Of a stretch of 64,000 nucleotides of DNA, positions 12,166-24,165 are shown piece by piece. The stretch's first letter is position 1; the number at the start of each line of letters is the position of its first letter. Location of the stretch: contig MU061579.1 in NCBI GenBank assembly GCA_013265495.1, forward strand, positions 6,198,963-6,262,962, written 5' to 3'. Source of the stretch: Vicugna vicugna (Eukaryota). The notes beneath the pieces were generated by a model. That model did not search any database, was not told the origin of the DNA, and worked only from the letters and a program-made list of their open reading frames with translations. A program made the position numbers and the translations under genes.

Positions 12166-14034
12166 CTGTGGAATTTGGAACGCGATCAAAAGCAGTGCTA
12201 CCTGCACCAAAGAGATGTACGACCGTGAATTAAACAAAGCTCAGCAATCTCTGCGTAAGGAATGGGTAGGCATCATGTTGTCTAATTACTAAGCATCTTA
12301 AACACTCTCACCATGGCCTACAGAGTCTCATTAGGGAAAGGAAAGATGCAGATGCTACTTGTGCTCTAATAAATATGTGCTTCTGAGGCAGGTGCACATA
12401 CTTCCTTCAAGTTGTAGTTAATAGAATCATAGAGAAGAGTTTTTAAATTTTTTGGTGATATAACAAGCTCCTTTGTTTACCTTCCCATCTGCATCCTGGT
12501 ATCTTGGAAAGAGACTGTGAAGCCAGAAAATTCAATTATCTTCCCTCAAATGGAAAACTATAAATCTAGAAAACTTACAGCCTCTAACCTGAGGCAGGCT
12601 TAAAATAGAAAGGATGGAAAGTCAGAGTTGTGATAAAGAGAGAGGGAAAATGTTCTAACTGTCCCAGGGGAGGCCAGTAATGGAGAAGGTTTCTCAGTAA
12701 GCCTGAAGCATAAACATACTAACCCTGTCGAGAGCGAGGTACCAAGAGAAATCACATAGGAAACCGCAGCTGCTGGGGGCTCTGTACCCAGAGTCTGTTC
12801 CGCCTTCCAGTGGTACTTTGCGAGAGCACTGGGACCTCCCTAAACATTTAAATCCTACAGAAACAAAACGTTTGAGACTATTCCAGCTCACTGTTTCATT
12901 CCACCAGTGTGTCTATTCAGTGGTGACACATCCCTTTGCAATTTGACTATGCATTTACCAATAACACTGATGACTGATGAAAAGTAGACACAGCTGACTA
13001 CTTTGTAGTCCTAATGAAACCAGAAAGCAGAAAGCAGAGAGACAAAATACGTGATACTAAGGAGAACTCTGGTTCAGTTTGCCAAAGGGACGCAATTCTA
13101 TAAAGTACTAACCATATAATTACTAACCACAAAAGTGTTGGGCTTTTTTTTTTCTTGATTTCTTATGAATATAATTCCTGCTCCCACTAGTCAACTGGTG
13201 CTTCTTCTGGTAATTTTTTTGCTAATAAAAAGTATTTTAGGTGAAAACAAGACTTCTAAAAATGATGCACCTTTTCTGGGGAAGAGTAGAGAAAACCAGC
13301 ACCTTACAGGGACTCATCACACCAACTACTTGAACATGAAAGATTTAATCCCCAAATAATTTAATAATTCATGGGAAACATTTCCAGTAAATATTTCAAA
13401 GGGACATTCAAAATTCAGGATGCCAGAAAACAATTCTAATTAAATATAATGCCTCCCCAAAGACTTCTCAGTACTATAAAATGCTTAAGGACAGAAGTTT
13501 CTTTGTACACATCTGAAGTGATAAATCTGTTTTAAAAGTATAATTTTCAAGGGACTCTGACCTTTTGTGCAACATTCAGAAATCAAAACAATATATCAAT
13601 AACAGTGAAGGCTAAAATCTAACAATGACGTACTTTCCCCCAACTACAATAAGCCTTGTATTCCCAAACAGAGCACTGTTATAAGAGGAGCAAAAGCCAA
13701 ACAGTGTGGGCTGAGTAATACTAACTCCATCTGTGTTGTTTTTCTTTGCTACAAATTGAGACACAGGATAGCGTATTTTGGTGTAAAGTTAGAAACTAAT
13801 ATTAAGGATCTAGATGTGAAATTGTAACTCTTGGTTTTAATTTGCTCTTTAGAACCTTAACCCAGCATTCCATGCAGCCACTGTGCATGTCCCTCACTGT
13901 CCTAACAATGGCATTTGCAAAAGTGCATTGAAAATCCCTAAAAACTCTATCTGTATGTGTAGGAGGTGGGGAGGAGCAGCAGCAACCTAGCAGGCTTAGA
14001 AATGGATACATTTGAATTTTTAAAAATATGCCAC

Positions 14035-14137
14035 TTAATAGAGTACATGCTTAGCATGCATAAGGTCCTGTGCTTAATCCCCAGTACCTCCTCTAAAAAT
14101 AAAAAAATAAAATAAAAACTTAATTACCTCCCCCTGA
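14035..14137 (+). mobile_element. 5'-truncated camelid tRNA-derived SINE (Vic-1-like)
   Basis: tagagtacatgcttagcatgcataaggtcctgtgcttaatccccagtacctcc, A-rich linker, then taattacctcccc tail. Imperfect TSD aaaaatatgccac (14022-14034) / aaaaaattgccac (14138-14150). Confidence 0.82.
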
Positions 14138-14175
14138 AAAAAATTGCCACAAAAAAAAAAAGAATAAATACATAC

Positions 14176-14529
14176 CCTTGGGGACAGAGTTTGTCGAGCC
14201 ATCCTGATTTAACCTTCCTTGCAGATGAGCCGTAAAAACAGGCATAGGGAGATATCACATTTGAGGAAATGATTGATGAGTCAGTGTTTCCACTTGTTGA
14301 GCTTAGAGGATAACTGTGCCTATTAACAGGGTCCAAATTCGATGCTTTTTGAGTCCTAGATTTAGATGGCTTTGAGTTTTTTCTTCTTAAACTCTGAAAG
14401 CATTCTTCTACTGTTGAATAATCTGATTCTGAAGCAGAGTCTACAGGAAGTTTGCTTTTGTCCTCTCGAGGTATCCAAATATCTTCCACCTTGTCTTCAC
14501 TTATATTCTCCGTCCTGTTATCATATATG
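14176..14529 (-). CDS. ARAP2: ARAP2 exon 6 (354 nt): (S)IYDNRTENISEDKVEDIW...SDYSTVEEC...KSGWLDKLCPQ(G)
   Basis: Acceptor TTCTTTTCTGTTTAG|CATATATG, donor CCAAGG|GTATGT. Overlaps ORF 14124..14489; includes the start of PH1. Confidence 0.97.
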
Positions 14530-15985
14530 CTAAACAGAAAAGAATGGTGTTGGTATTTCCCAGCGCTGTATGTGACTTGAGCTGTCGGTTACTTTTGTTG
14601 TTTATTAAACAATCGATCACAGAAATTTAAGGTCAGGAAAAATCTTAACGAGCTCAATTAACCCATCTGATAATTTTCAAAACTCTTCTTGACCAGAAAA
14701 ATAGAAGTCTCTCATTATCCTAAGACATATTTGACTACTACTAGAACCAGTGTTTTTTTTCTTATGTATCATTTAATCTGATCTGTTTATTCTAGGGGTT
14801 GGTACAGTGGTAGGATGGAGATGGCCATATTCTTTGCACGACAATTCAAACATCTTCACCCGCACCACTAAGCGGCCAGCCACTTAATAGGCAACATCAT
14901 GAACACTACCTGGTCTATTTGGAGACCTTATTTCCACGTGTTGCCCCTTCTCTGGCTCCCCAATGACTCCAAGGACCCTATGCTCCAGCATAACATGACG
15001 AAAAAAAGAGTACATCTGACACATGAGAGCTTTAGTATTATTTTGCAACACTGATGAGGAAGAACTGCCCCACATTGCTAATCAGAAAACAAGAAAGGGC
15101 CAGGGTACATTCAGAAGGTAAAAGCTGTGTAATATGTAACATTTACTGGAACACGGCGTCACTGGGTCTACGTATATAGATTTAAGGGATGACAAAATAG
15201 ATTCGTTCAGCCGTGTATTAATGTATAATGAAAATCATTACAAAGAAGTTTTTGCTAATCCATGAAACAGATATGCCTATGCCTAGGTATCAGATTACAT
15301 CCTTCTGGACACAGTGTTCTAAAAACCATGCTTCCTTAAAGAAGGATTTACCCTTGTCTCCTCCACATTTTGCATTGTAATAGCTTCATATCAAATGCTT
15401 ACTGAAGATATTCTATTATTTAGTTTCAACTTAAAGAAATCCTCAACAGCATGAGCCATGGAAAAATAAGGGATAAAATAGAAGATAAATGTCAAGTAAT
15501 GATGCAGTATGCCAAGTCTTAATACAGCTGAGGAAAAATAAAATTTAAGTTGCTGCCTTACGAATTCTGTTTAATTTCAGGTGTGATACAAATAACTAAT
15601 TTTCAAGCTGCTCGTCAATGCTGAAGTTCTAATAAGAAGAATGTGTTACATTTGTAAAAAATCTGACATTTTGTGCACTGCCCCTTTCTTTTTCATATTA
15701 ACATAACCTCCCATTTTTAAGGTGCAATCGTGGTCATCACATGTTTGCCACTTTGGGGAGGAGAGTGTGGTTTCAACTAGGAAAAGACAAAAATAATCTG
15801 CTATAGGACATATGATCAGTTTACAGACTCTAAATTCAATTATTAAAATGAGTGCTGTGATAGAAAGAAGGGATTGGAACTTACTAATGTAAACTATTTT
15901 CTTAGAAATATAATGTGACCAAGAATTCAACATTGCATAATGTTTTATTCAAAAGAATCAATTACCATCAATCATGTCCTCGTAC

Positions 15986-16077
15986 CTTGATTTGACAAAA
16001 AATGAGTTTCTTTCAGTAGTTGTTTCCCTTTTGAGTGTTTCTTCATGAGTCCAAAATTCATTCCTTATAGATTTCTT
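15986..16077 (-). CDS. ARAP2: ARAP2 exon 5 (92 nt): KKSIRNEFWTHEETLKRETTTERNSFFVKS(S)
   Basis: Acceptor TTTTTTTTATAG|AAGAAA, donor TCAAG|GTACGA. Phase 0 in, phase 2 out; keeps the frame between exons 4 and 6. Confidence 0.92.
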
Positions 16078-16812
16078 CTATAAAAAAAATATACTTTTTT
16101 TAGGGTAGTAATATTCTACAAAGATCTACAATATCTGAGCTTAGTTTTATTAAATACATGTCTAATTGTTTAGGTCAATTTTCAATAAAAACAATTGGGG
16201 AGACTGTATTAAATATAGCCTTTTGGTGTCCTTTTTCAATATTTTATTGAAATCATTAATAATATCATTTCAGCTAAGAAGCACAGAGATGATACTAAGA
16301 ATAAAATTTACTTTTACTTTCCCACTTACTTTTTGTCTTTCAACTTCTCTCTCATCATGATCAAGAAAAAAAAATATATCAAAATAGCACAAGTATTGGA
16401 GAGGAAAAACTTAGTAATAAGTTGAATAATTTACAGTTTCCAAAGATTGCAAAGAGTTACAAGTCTGTCTATATTTGGGTATAAGGCAAAGTAAAATCTA
16501 GGGGTTTTTGTTGATTTGCTTTTGCGTTTTATGGGGGTTTGTCTTTAAAAAAAAAAGTAACTTATCTTGTGGAAAATTTTGCAAACCCACCAACTTATAC
16601 ATCTGAAATCCAAACTGAAATGTGTTTTCATGATATATTTTTAAAGATATAAATTTACTATGATTTTATTGAACAGAATTTCACTGACTGGAAATTTCTT
16701 TCCTCAATATAACACATTCTTCAAACAGCTTAAAGGAAAATGAAGAGGCATATATAGGCATAAAAGCAAAGAACTGAATATGGAAAAAAAAATTAAAATG
16801 TATGGGACTAAC

Positions 16813-16889
16813 CTTGGAATTTTCTAGTCTCTGGAAGAGAAAGGTCTCTCCATAAGGTAAAATGAAAGATGAATTCTCCTCATTTGAAT
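16813..16889 (-). CDS. ARAP2: ARAP2 exon 4 (77 nt): (N)SNEENSSFILPYGETFLFQRLENSK
   Basis: Acceptor TTCCCCCAAAAAG|ATTCAA, donor TCCAAG|GTTAGT. Peptide matches the recalled ARAP2 PYGETFLFQRLENSK. Confidence 0.94.
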
Positions 16890-17983
16890 CTTTTTGGGGG
16901 AATTATAGGATGAGAATGGAAAGATGTGAATAATGTGAAATTTTGTTCAAAGAAAAAAAGCATGTGTTTAATTATTTTATAGCAATATGACAATTTAAAG
17001 CTTTATTCTCTGAGTGTCCAAATATGCTAATTCTTAGCCCCAAACTAACTCTTACCATGGTTTTCTCACTCTCTACACCTCTCACCTCCCAGCTAAGACA
17101 TATTACTCACTGTTTCTCAAAGTCACATTTTTGATGTGTCAAAAATGTCCTAACCTCTAAGAGCCATGTTAACATAACTAAGCACATTGTGCACATACAG
17201 TGGAAACTGTCATATCACATTTATAATGTTCGTCCCTAAATAAGAAGATAGTATTAACGGCAGAAAATTAATCTTAATTCTACTATAATTCCCAACAAAT
17301 GACCATTTAAAGCTCACTAGAATAATAGTCAGATGTTAATAGCACTCAAAATGCCAGAATCCACTTAATATAATCCCTCTGTTTCCATAACTACTAAAGC
17401 ACCTGTAAATAAATCACTTCAAGAGAATTAGCACCATCCCTGAGCTACACCAATCTACAAGAAAGAACTCTCAACACTTGAATTTTCTGCCACGGCAAAT
17501 TTTTTAAAGGTTCAGTAGCCAAATGTTTGTCATCTTATCATTGGGAAGAACATTCCTGGACTTGTACAAGCAGAATTTGCAGAAAGAACAGCCTCTGTCA
17601 ATAATCAACGGATCAGAGCCATGTAAGCCCTTTGCTGTTACCATGGCAAGATTACTTTCCATAAATCTACGCCCTGTAGCTCAGACTGTCAGAAACCACG
17701 TAATTTAGTTAAATGCCTTCAACTGTAGCTAATGATAAATGAAGGCTGTAGAAAAAACTCTTTTTCCATAGGCATGCACAGATTTTCAGGAGTCTCTGCA
17801 TACATTTCTGTCTTTCATTTACTCACCTTTGAAAGTCTGTAGTACTGTAAACCCTAGCAGACCGTTATTTCCAGTCCTCCCCACTCCTCCTTGGGGGGCT
17901 GCCCTCTTGATTGTGATTTTAACACATGTAAGACTATCAGAAAAGCACTAACTAATTTACAGACTTTAAATGCTGAGACTCAC

Positions 17984-18042
17984 TTTGCTGTGTCACAGAT
18001 TTTCCAGTTGAGGTAGCAACATTTCTTCTCTCACGGAAATAG
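17984..18042 (-). CDS. ARAP2: ARAP2 exon 3 (59 nt): (S)YFRERRNVATSTGKSVTQQ
   Basis: Acceptor TTTTCCCTTTACTTTAAG|CTATTT, donor CAAA|GTGAGT. Phase 2 in, phase 1 out. Confidence 0.94.
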
Positions 18043-18606
18043 CTTAAAGTAAAGGGAAAAAGAGGTAAGTTAAAATACATACATAAAAACAGATGTTACC
18101 AGCTTGAATAAAGAATTAGAGACACATAGATTCTTTTGGGTAAAAAACACCCCAATATTCAAAAATAAGTTTAATTTTAATTAAATATAATGGCCAAATT
18201 CCATAAATGTGTTTTTCTAAATAGTCTTAAAGGAAGTGGTTTTACTGGATCCTACTAGTGTTTGTTCCTCACTTGTAATTTATAATTTATAATTCACAAA
18301 AGTAAACGATCATATTTGCCCAAGAATTTCTATAGTTTTTTTTTTTTTTTGGTCATTAGGTTTGTAATATTGAGTCAAAAATTTGTCTGGCTCCATGAGC
18401 ATAATTTGAAAATAAAACAAGACTTTTTCTCAAAGATCCTACAGCCTTGGGAGGGAGACACTACAGGTAATTAAGTAGAATACAACATAACAGCAGTGAC
18501 AGAGAAAAACACTATGGAAACAGAGGGTAATGAATCTACTACTATATGAAAGAGTTCTATTTTTCTATCTAAATGTAAGGATCAACAGTGTCCTTAACCT
18601 TTCTTT

Positions 18607-18658
18607 AATATATATATATATATATGTATATGTATATATACACACATATATACATACA
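18607..18658. repeat. (TA)n/(TATG)n/(CA)n compound microsatellite
   Basis: atatatatatatatatatgtatatgtatatatacacacatatatacatacac. Confidence 0.9.
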
Positions 18659-18664
18659 CCCAAG

Positions 18665-21600
18665 TAACTATAAGAAAGAGTATTTTAAAAAGAATAGAAA
18701 CCAACAAACTAGAATATGGACAAAATTTAAAAATCACTGTAACTAAAAGATGGTTCTTTGAAAAGAATGATAAAACTGATAAACCTCACGGAAGGGAAAT
18801 AAGAGTGAGAGACAGAAGAGACAAATTGCCAATATCAGGACAAAGAGACAATGTCAAAACAATTTCTATGAACATTAAAGGGGCTGAATTACAGATGATT
18901 AAGAAAAACCCTGGGGGGACAGAAATATCTCAGTGGTAGAGTGTACGCTTAGTGTGCAAGAGGTCCTGGGTTCAATCCCCAGTATCTCCACTAAAAATTA
19001 AAACAAAATTTATTTTTAAAAATAAAGAAAAGAAAAACTTATGTCACATGTTATTTCAATAACTTAGATGAAGTGGAAAAATTCCTTTAGGTACAAATTA
19101 TCAAATATGATACAAGAATAAACAGAAAATCTTAAAATCCTATATCTATTAAAAAAATTCAATTTAGCAATTAATCACCTACCCATCCACAGAAGGCTCC
19201 AGGCCCAAATATTTCACTGATGAATCCTACCAAACATTTAAGAAAGAAATCATACCAATTCTACATAAATTTTTCGGATAATAGGGAAGGAGGGACCACT
19301 TCCTAATTCATTCTGTAAGGCCAGTATTGATACACAACCAGTCAAAAATAAAACAATAGATAAATGTTAGACAAATATTCCTAATGAACTTGAGGTGCAA
19401 AAATCATTAACAAAATATTAGCAAGTCAAATCCAACAATATCTAAAAAGAATAATATATTATGACTAGGTGAGATTTACCCCAGGAAAGCAAAGTTGATT
19501 TAATACAGAAAAAAAATCAATGTAATTCACCAAATTAAGAAAATAAAGGAGAAAAATCACATTCTTATGAAAATAGATTCAGAAAAACCAACTGACAAAA
19601 TTCAACATCCATTCATAACAAAACCTCTCAGCAAACTAGGAACAGAAAAATACCTCCTCAACCTAATAAAGGGCATTTATGAGAAACTAACATCATAATT
19701 AACAATTAAAGACAATCATGTTGCCTAAGGCTGGAAGTAAGGCAAGTAAGTGGGATTCACAAATTTTATTCACCTTATTTCAGAGGTTGCAGTCAGTGCA
19801 ATAAGACAAGTGAAAGAAATAAAAAGCATGCAGATTGGAAAGGAAGGTGTCTTATAAGAAGTCTGTATCTAATCAATACAAAATCCTAAAAAAAAAGTCT
19901 GCCAAAAAGCTTCTCAAACTATTAAGTCAACCTAGCAAGGTCCCAGGATAGGGAGAAATATATTTAAAAATTAAGTGTTTCTAAATACTAGCAATGAACA
20001 ACTGGAAAAATAGTTTGAAAGTACAACTTTTACAATAGCATACAGAAACATGAAATATAAATTTATAAAAGTATGGACAAGATCTGCACACTGAAAACTA
20101 TAGAATATTGTCGAGAAAAAAAATTTTAAAGATCTAAATAAATAGATATTCCTTGTTCATGGATTAGAAGACTCAATACTGTTGAAATGTCAATTATCCA
20201 CATATTGATATATAGTCAACATAATCCTAAACAAAATTTCAGTGGGCTTCTTTGGAGAAATTGATAAGGTGACTCTAAAATTTACATGCAAATACAAACA
20301 ACCTGGAATGGTCAGAATATTAAAAGAAGGACAAAATCGGAAGTTTTATACTTTATGAATAAGTACAATTAAATTAGCGTGGTATTGGTGAAAGTATAGA
20401 CACGTAAATCAATGGAATCAAACAAAAAGTCTACATAAATGCCCACACATCTATGTTCCACTGATTTCTGAAAAAAGATGTCAAGGCAAGTCAGTGGGGG
20501 AAGGATAGCCTCTTCAGCAAGTGCTGCTGAAACAACTGGACAGCTCAATGCAAAAGAGACATGAGGATCAACCTACCTCATACCACACACAAAAATTAAC
20601 TTAAAATGCAGTTTAGGCCTAAATGTTCATACTAAAACTCTAAAAATTCTGGAAAACAATAGGAGAAAATCTTTGCAACCTTTCAGTATGCAAAGATTTC
20701 TTAAATAAGGTACAAAAACCAAAACCAAAACCAGAAAAAGAAAAAAGAAAAAGTTGGACCTTTATGGTGTTACATTTCTGACAAATGACCTGTTTCCAGA
20801 ATTAAAAACAACAACAAAAAAAAACAAACAAAAAGCCTTACAATCTAGTAACAGGAATAACTCAATTTAAAAATGGACAAAAGTTTAAACAGACACCATA
20901 CAAGAGGATACACAAATGTGATACTAACCACATAGTCATTAGAATGGCTAAATTTAAGGTTATAAATACCAAGTGTTAGAGAGTATGCTGAGTAACTAGA
21001 ATGTTTAAATATTGCCAGCAGGAAGGTAAAAGGATACATCCACTTTGGAATACTGCTTGACATTTTCTGGTAAAGTGAATTTAAGCTCCCAGATATCCAA
21101 CTCGAGAAACTCAAAAGAATTGAAAACGTATGTATGCCCATAGACAAATTTTTTGTAGTCTTTCTTTATAGCATTTTACCCTCAATAATCAATAACTTAA
21201 AACAAACAAAATGTACATCAACAGGTGAATGACAAACAGAAGGTGGTATAGGGACTCAAGGGATTACTATCAAGCTTGGAGGAGGGGAAATAATAAACTA
21301 CTAAAAAGAAACAACCTAATACGAAACATAGTAATATGAATAAATCTCAAAATCATCACGCTGAGCAAAAAAAGCCAGGCACACAGAAGTACATCCTACA
21401 TGATTCTATAAGGGGTCTGAAAGAGGGATGGACTCTAAAAAGACACTGAGAAATTCTTAAGGGTGACAGAGCTGCTGTTTCTTGACTGTGGTGATGATTT
21501 TATAGGTTTACATATCTTTTAAAACTCATCAAATTATATGTTTTGAATTGGTACCGTTTATTATGCAAATATTATACTTCAAAATACTTAAAAATGAATT
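18665..21600 (+). mobile_element. Old decayed L1 (ORF2 remnant plus 3' UTR; L1MC/L1ME-like)
   Basis: L1 ORF2 motifs such as ccaggcccaaatatttcactgatgaatcctaccaaacatttaagaaagaaat, aaaattcaacatccattcata and tgttcatggattagaagactcaata. Many stops and frameshifts. Confidence 0.9.
18913..19029 (+). mobile_element. Camelid tRNA-derived SINE (Vic-1-like) nested in the L1
   Basis: gggggacagaaatatctcagtggtagagtg (A box) ... ggtcctgggttcaatccccag (B box), then an A-rich tail. TSD aagaaaaac at 18901-18909 and 19030-19038. Confidence 0.88.
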
Positions 21601-23720
21601 TAGCACAGTTACTGTTTATAAGGTCAATACATAAAATATAAACTATATCCCCAAATATCAGTTAACAAAATGAAATATTAAAAGTGACATCACATACAAG
21701 AGTAGCAAAAAAAAATCAAAACCCAGGATTAAATCTAACAAAAATTTGTAAGAACTAGAAATTATTACCAAGAAAATTAAAGAAAATCTAATTAAATGGA
21801 GGAACATATGAAAGACTAAATACTGCAAAGATGTCAATACCACTTGTATTAACCTGTAGAATCAATGCAATCCCAATCAACAGAGTTACAGGGGTGGGTG
21901 TGTATGTGGAATTTAACAAGCTGATGTTAAAATTCGTATACAAGAGAGAAAGACGAAGAATAACTAAGACACTTTTGAAGAACAAAGTGAGAAGACTTGC
22001 TCCACCAGGTATGAGGATTTATTTTTAAAGCTATGGTAATGAAGACACTACATTACTGATAAAAGGACAAATAAGAGATCAGTGAAGTAGAATGAAGCGT
22101 ACATAAAGGAACTCAATTTCTATTTAACTTAAGACAAAGATGCAAGTCTTGAGCAATGAGCAAAGCATGTTCTTAATAAGATCACTTAGATATCCAACTG
22201 GTATTAAAGAACTTTCCTCCTATCTCAAACTATACATAGAAATCAATTCAAGGTGGATTATAAATCCCACCCTGATAGGCCAGATAATAAAGGCAGAAGG
22301 TAAAACAGACTATCTTTATATGTCTTAAGACACAAAAAGTTCTAACTCTAAAGGAAAATAATGGTAAATTTGACTAAATTAAAGTTAAGAACTTTTATTC
22401 ATTAAAAGTCACCATCAAGGAATAAAAAAGCACTAATGCAGAAAGAGAAAAGATCTATTTATTCCACAATGTGCTTATACCCATGGGGCATCAGTAACTC
22501 TTAAAAATCACTATAAAAAACAGAAAATGCAATTCGAAACAACAACCTACCTATTTCCTCCTAAAAAAAATGGGTAAATGACTTTAAAAGGCACCACATA
22601 AAAGAAAACAAGATAGAAACACAGTCAATGACCAATAAATGCATCAAAATGTGCTCAATTTTGTTAGTTATCAGAAAATACAAATTAAAATCACAATGAA
22701 CTATCCACCCACTGGTATGGCTAAAATTTTTTAAATAACCAAATGCTGCTGAGTGTGTGAAACAGAAGGAATGCACATGCGCTGCTGGTGTTGACACAAC
22801 TGAGCAGGATCATTTGATGATAAGAACCATTCTGTACTACCTATGAATGTGGAAGACAAGAATTTCCTATGACAGCAATTGTACTCCTAGGAGTATATTC
22901 AACAGACATGGACAAAGCTATGCTGCAAGCAAAACCACGCAAATGTACATCCACATGCAAGACATTAAAGACGTTGTGGGAGAAGCACACTAAAGAACAC
23001 TCTTCAACAACCAAAACCACAAACGGACATGCAGCCACATGAATGCAACTCAGAAACATCATGCTGAGTAAAAGATGTCAAACATGGAACATCACTTGCT
23101 CTATGATTCCATTTATATGAAATTCTAGAACAGGCAAAACTAATTTACAGTAGGATCACTGGTTGCCCAATACAGGTGACAGGACAATTTACTGCAAATG
23201 TGCAAAGGTGATTTTGGAGGGGGAATAGAAATGTTCTGTAACTTGATTGTGGTAGTGGTCACATGGGTGCATATATTTGTCAAAACTCAAATCTTATACT
23301 TAACTTTAGTTTATTTTATTATATGTAAACTAGTCATAAATAAAGCTGATTTACATATGTGTTTACACATGTATCATTTATATGTAAAAATACCAGATGA
23401 TGTTGAGAATATGAAATATAACAATAGGAGAATGGATACGGTGGTATATCCATACAATGAAATATTATACAGCAGTGAAAATAAACAGACGATAACCAGA
23501 GGCACCAACATAGATGAGTCTCAAAGTTTAGCAAAATGAGCTTAGGTAAAAGAATATTTACTATATGATTGCACTTTTAAGTCCACAAGAGAATACACTG
23601 TTTGGGACATACTTAAGAGGTAAAACATTTTTTAAAGGCAAGAATGTAATAATCATTATTTAAAGTCAGGATAGAAGTCATCTTTGGCAGGGGAGGGAGT
23701 ACAAGTTTACCAAGGGGTTG
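21600..23720 (+). mobile_element. Further old L1 fragments (ORF2 3' part and L1MB/ME-type 3' UTRs)
   Basis: A second pass through ORF2 3' motifs (aatgcaatcccaatcaa, aaattaaaatcacaatga) and 3' UTR motifs (tatgattccatttatatgaaattctagaacaggcaaaactaat). Confidence 0.8.
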
Positions 23721-23894
23721 CAAAATAACTCATCCTTTATTTTTTCATTATTTCCAGATTCTGGGCATTGTTATATAGCTATAATTGTTTCCTCAAGTCT
23801 GCATGCCACTGACACAAGTACATAGTAATAATTTCAACCCCGAGTAGAGTGGCACTCAAATTTTCTACCTTTTCAGTAACTTGTGCTAATAATA

Positions 23895-24165
23895 AATATT
23901 GCTAATTCTTATTCAGCATTTACTATATGTCAGACAAAATTTTATAAATCTACACACACAGTCATAATATAAATGCGTGTGCGTGTGTATAGTCACAAAC
24001 ACCCTAAGAAGTGAAAACTATTATTATCTGCATTTTTTAAGAAGAAAATTGGCACACAAAGCAGTTAGTTCATTTTCCCACAGGCACACAGCTTGTCAGT
24101 AACTAACCTGAGACTCAAACCCAGGTAGTCTAGCTCCATAGCTCCTGTTCTAAACCACAACACTT
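23895..24165 (-). mobile_element. MIR SINE
   Basis: cacaaacaccctaagaagtg...ctattattatctgcatttt...ggcacacagcttgtcagt...gactcaaacccaggtagtctagctcca. Confidence 0.75.

Noticed and set aside
18913..18990. tRNA-like sequence with A and B boxes
   Set aside because: Followed by an A-rich tail and flanked by a TSD, with a degenerate acceptor stem: a SINE, not a tRNA gene.
18665..23720. Possible intact retroelement or reverse transcriptase gene
   Set aside because: ORF2 is fragmented by numerous stops and indels; an ancient inactive L1.
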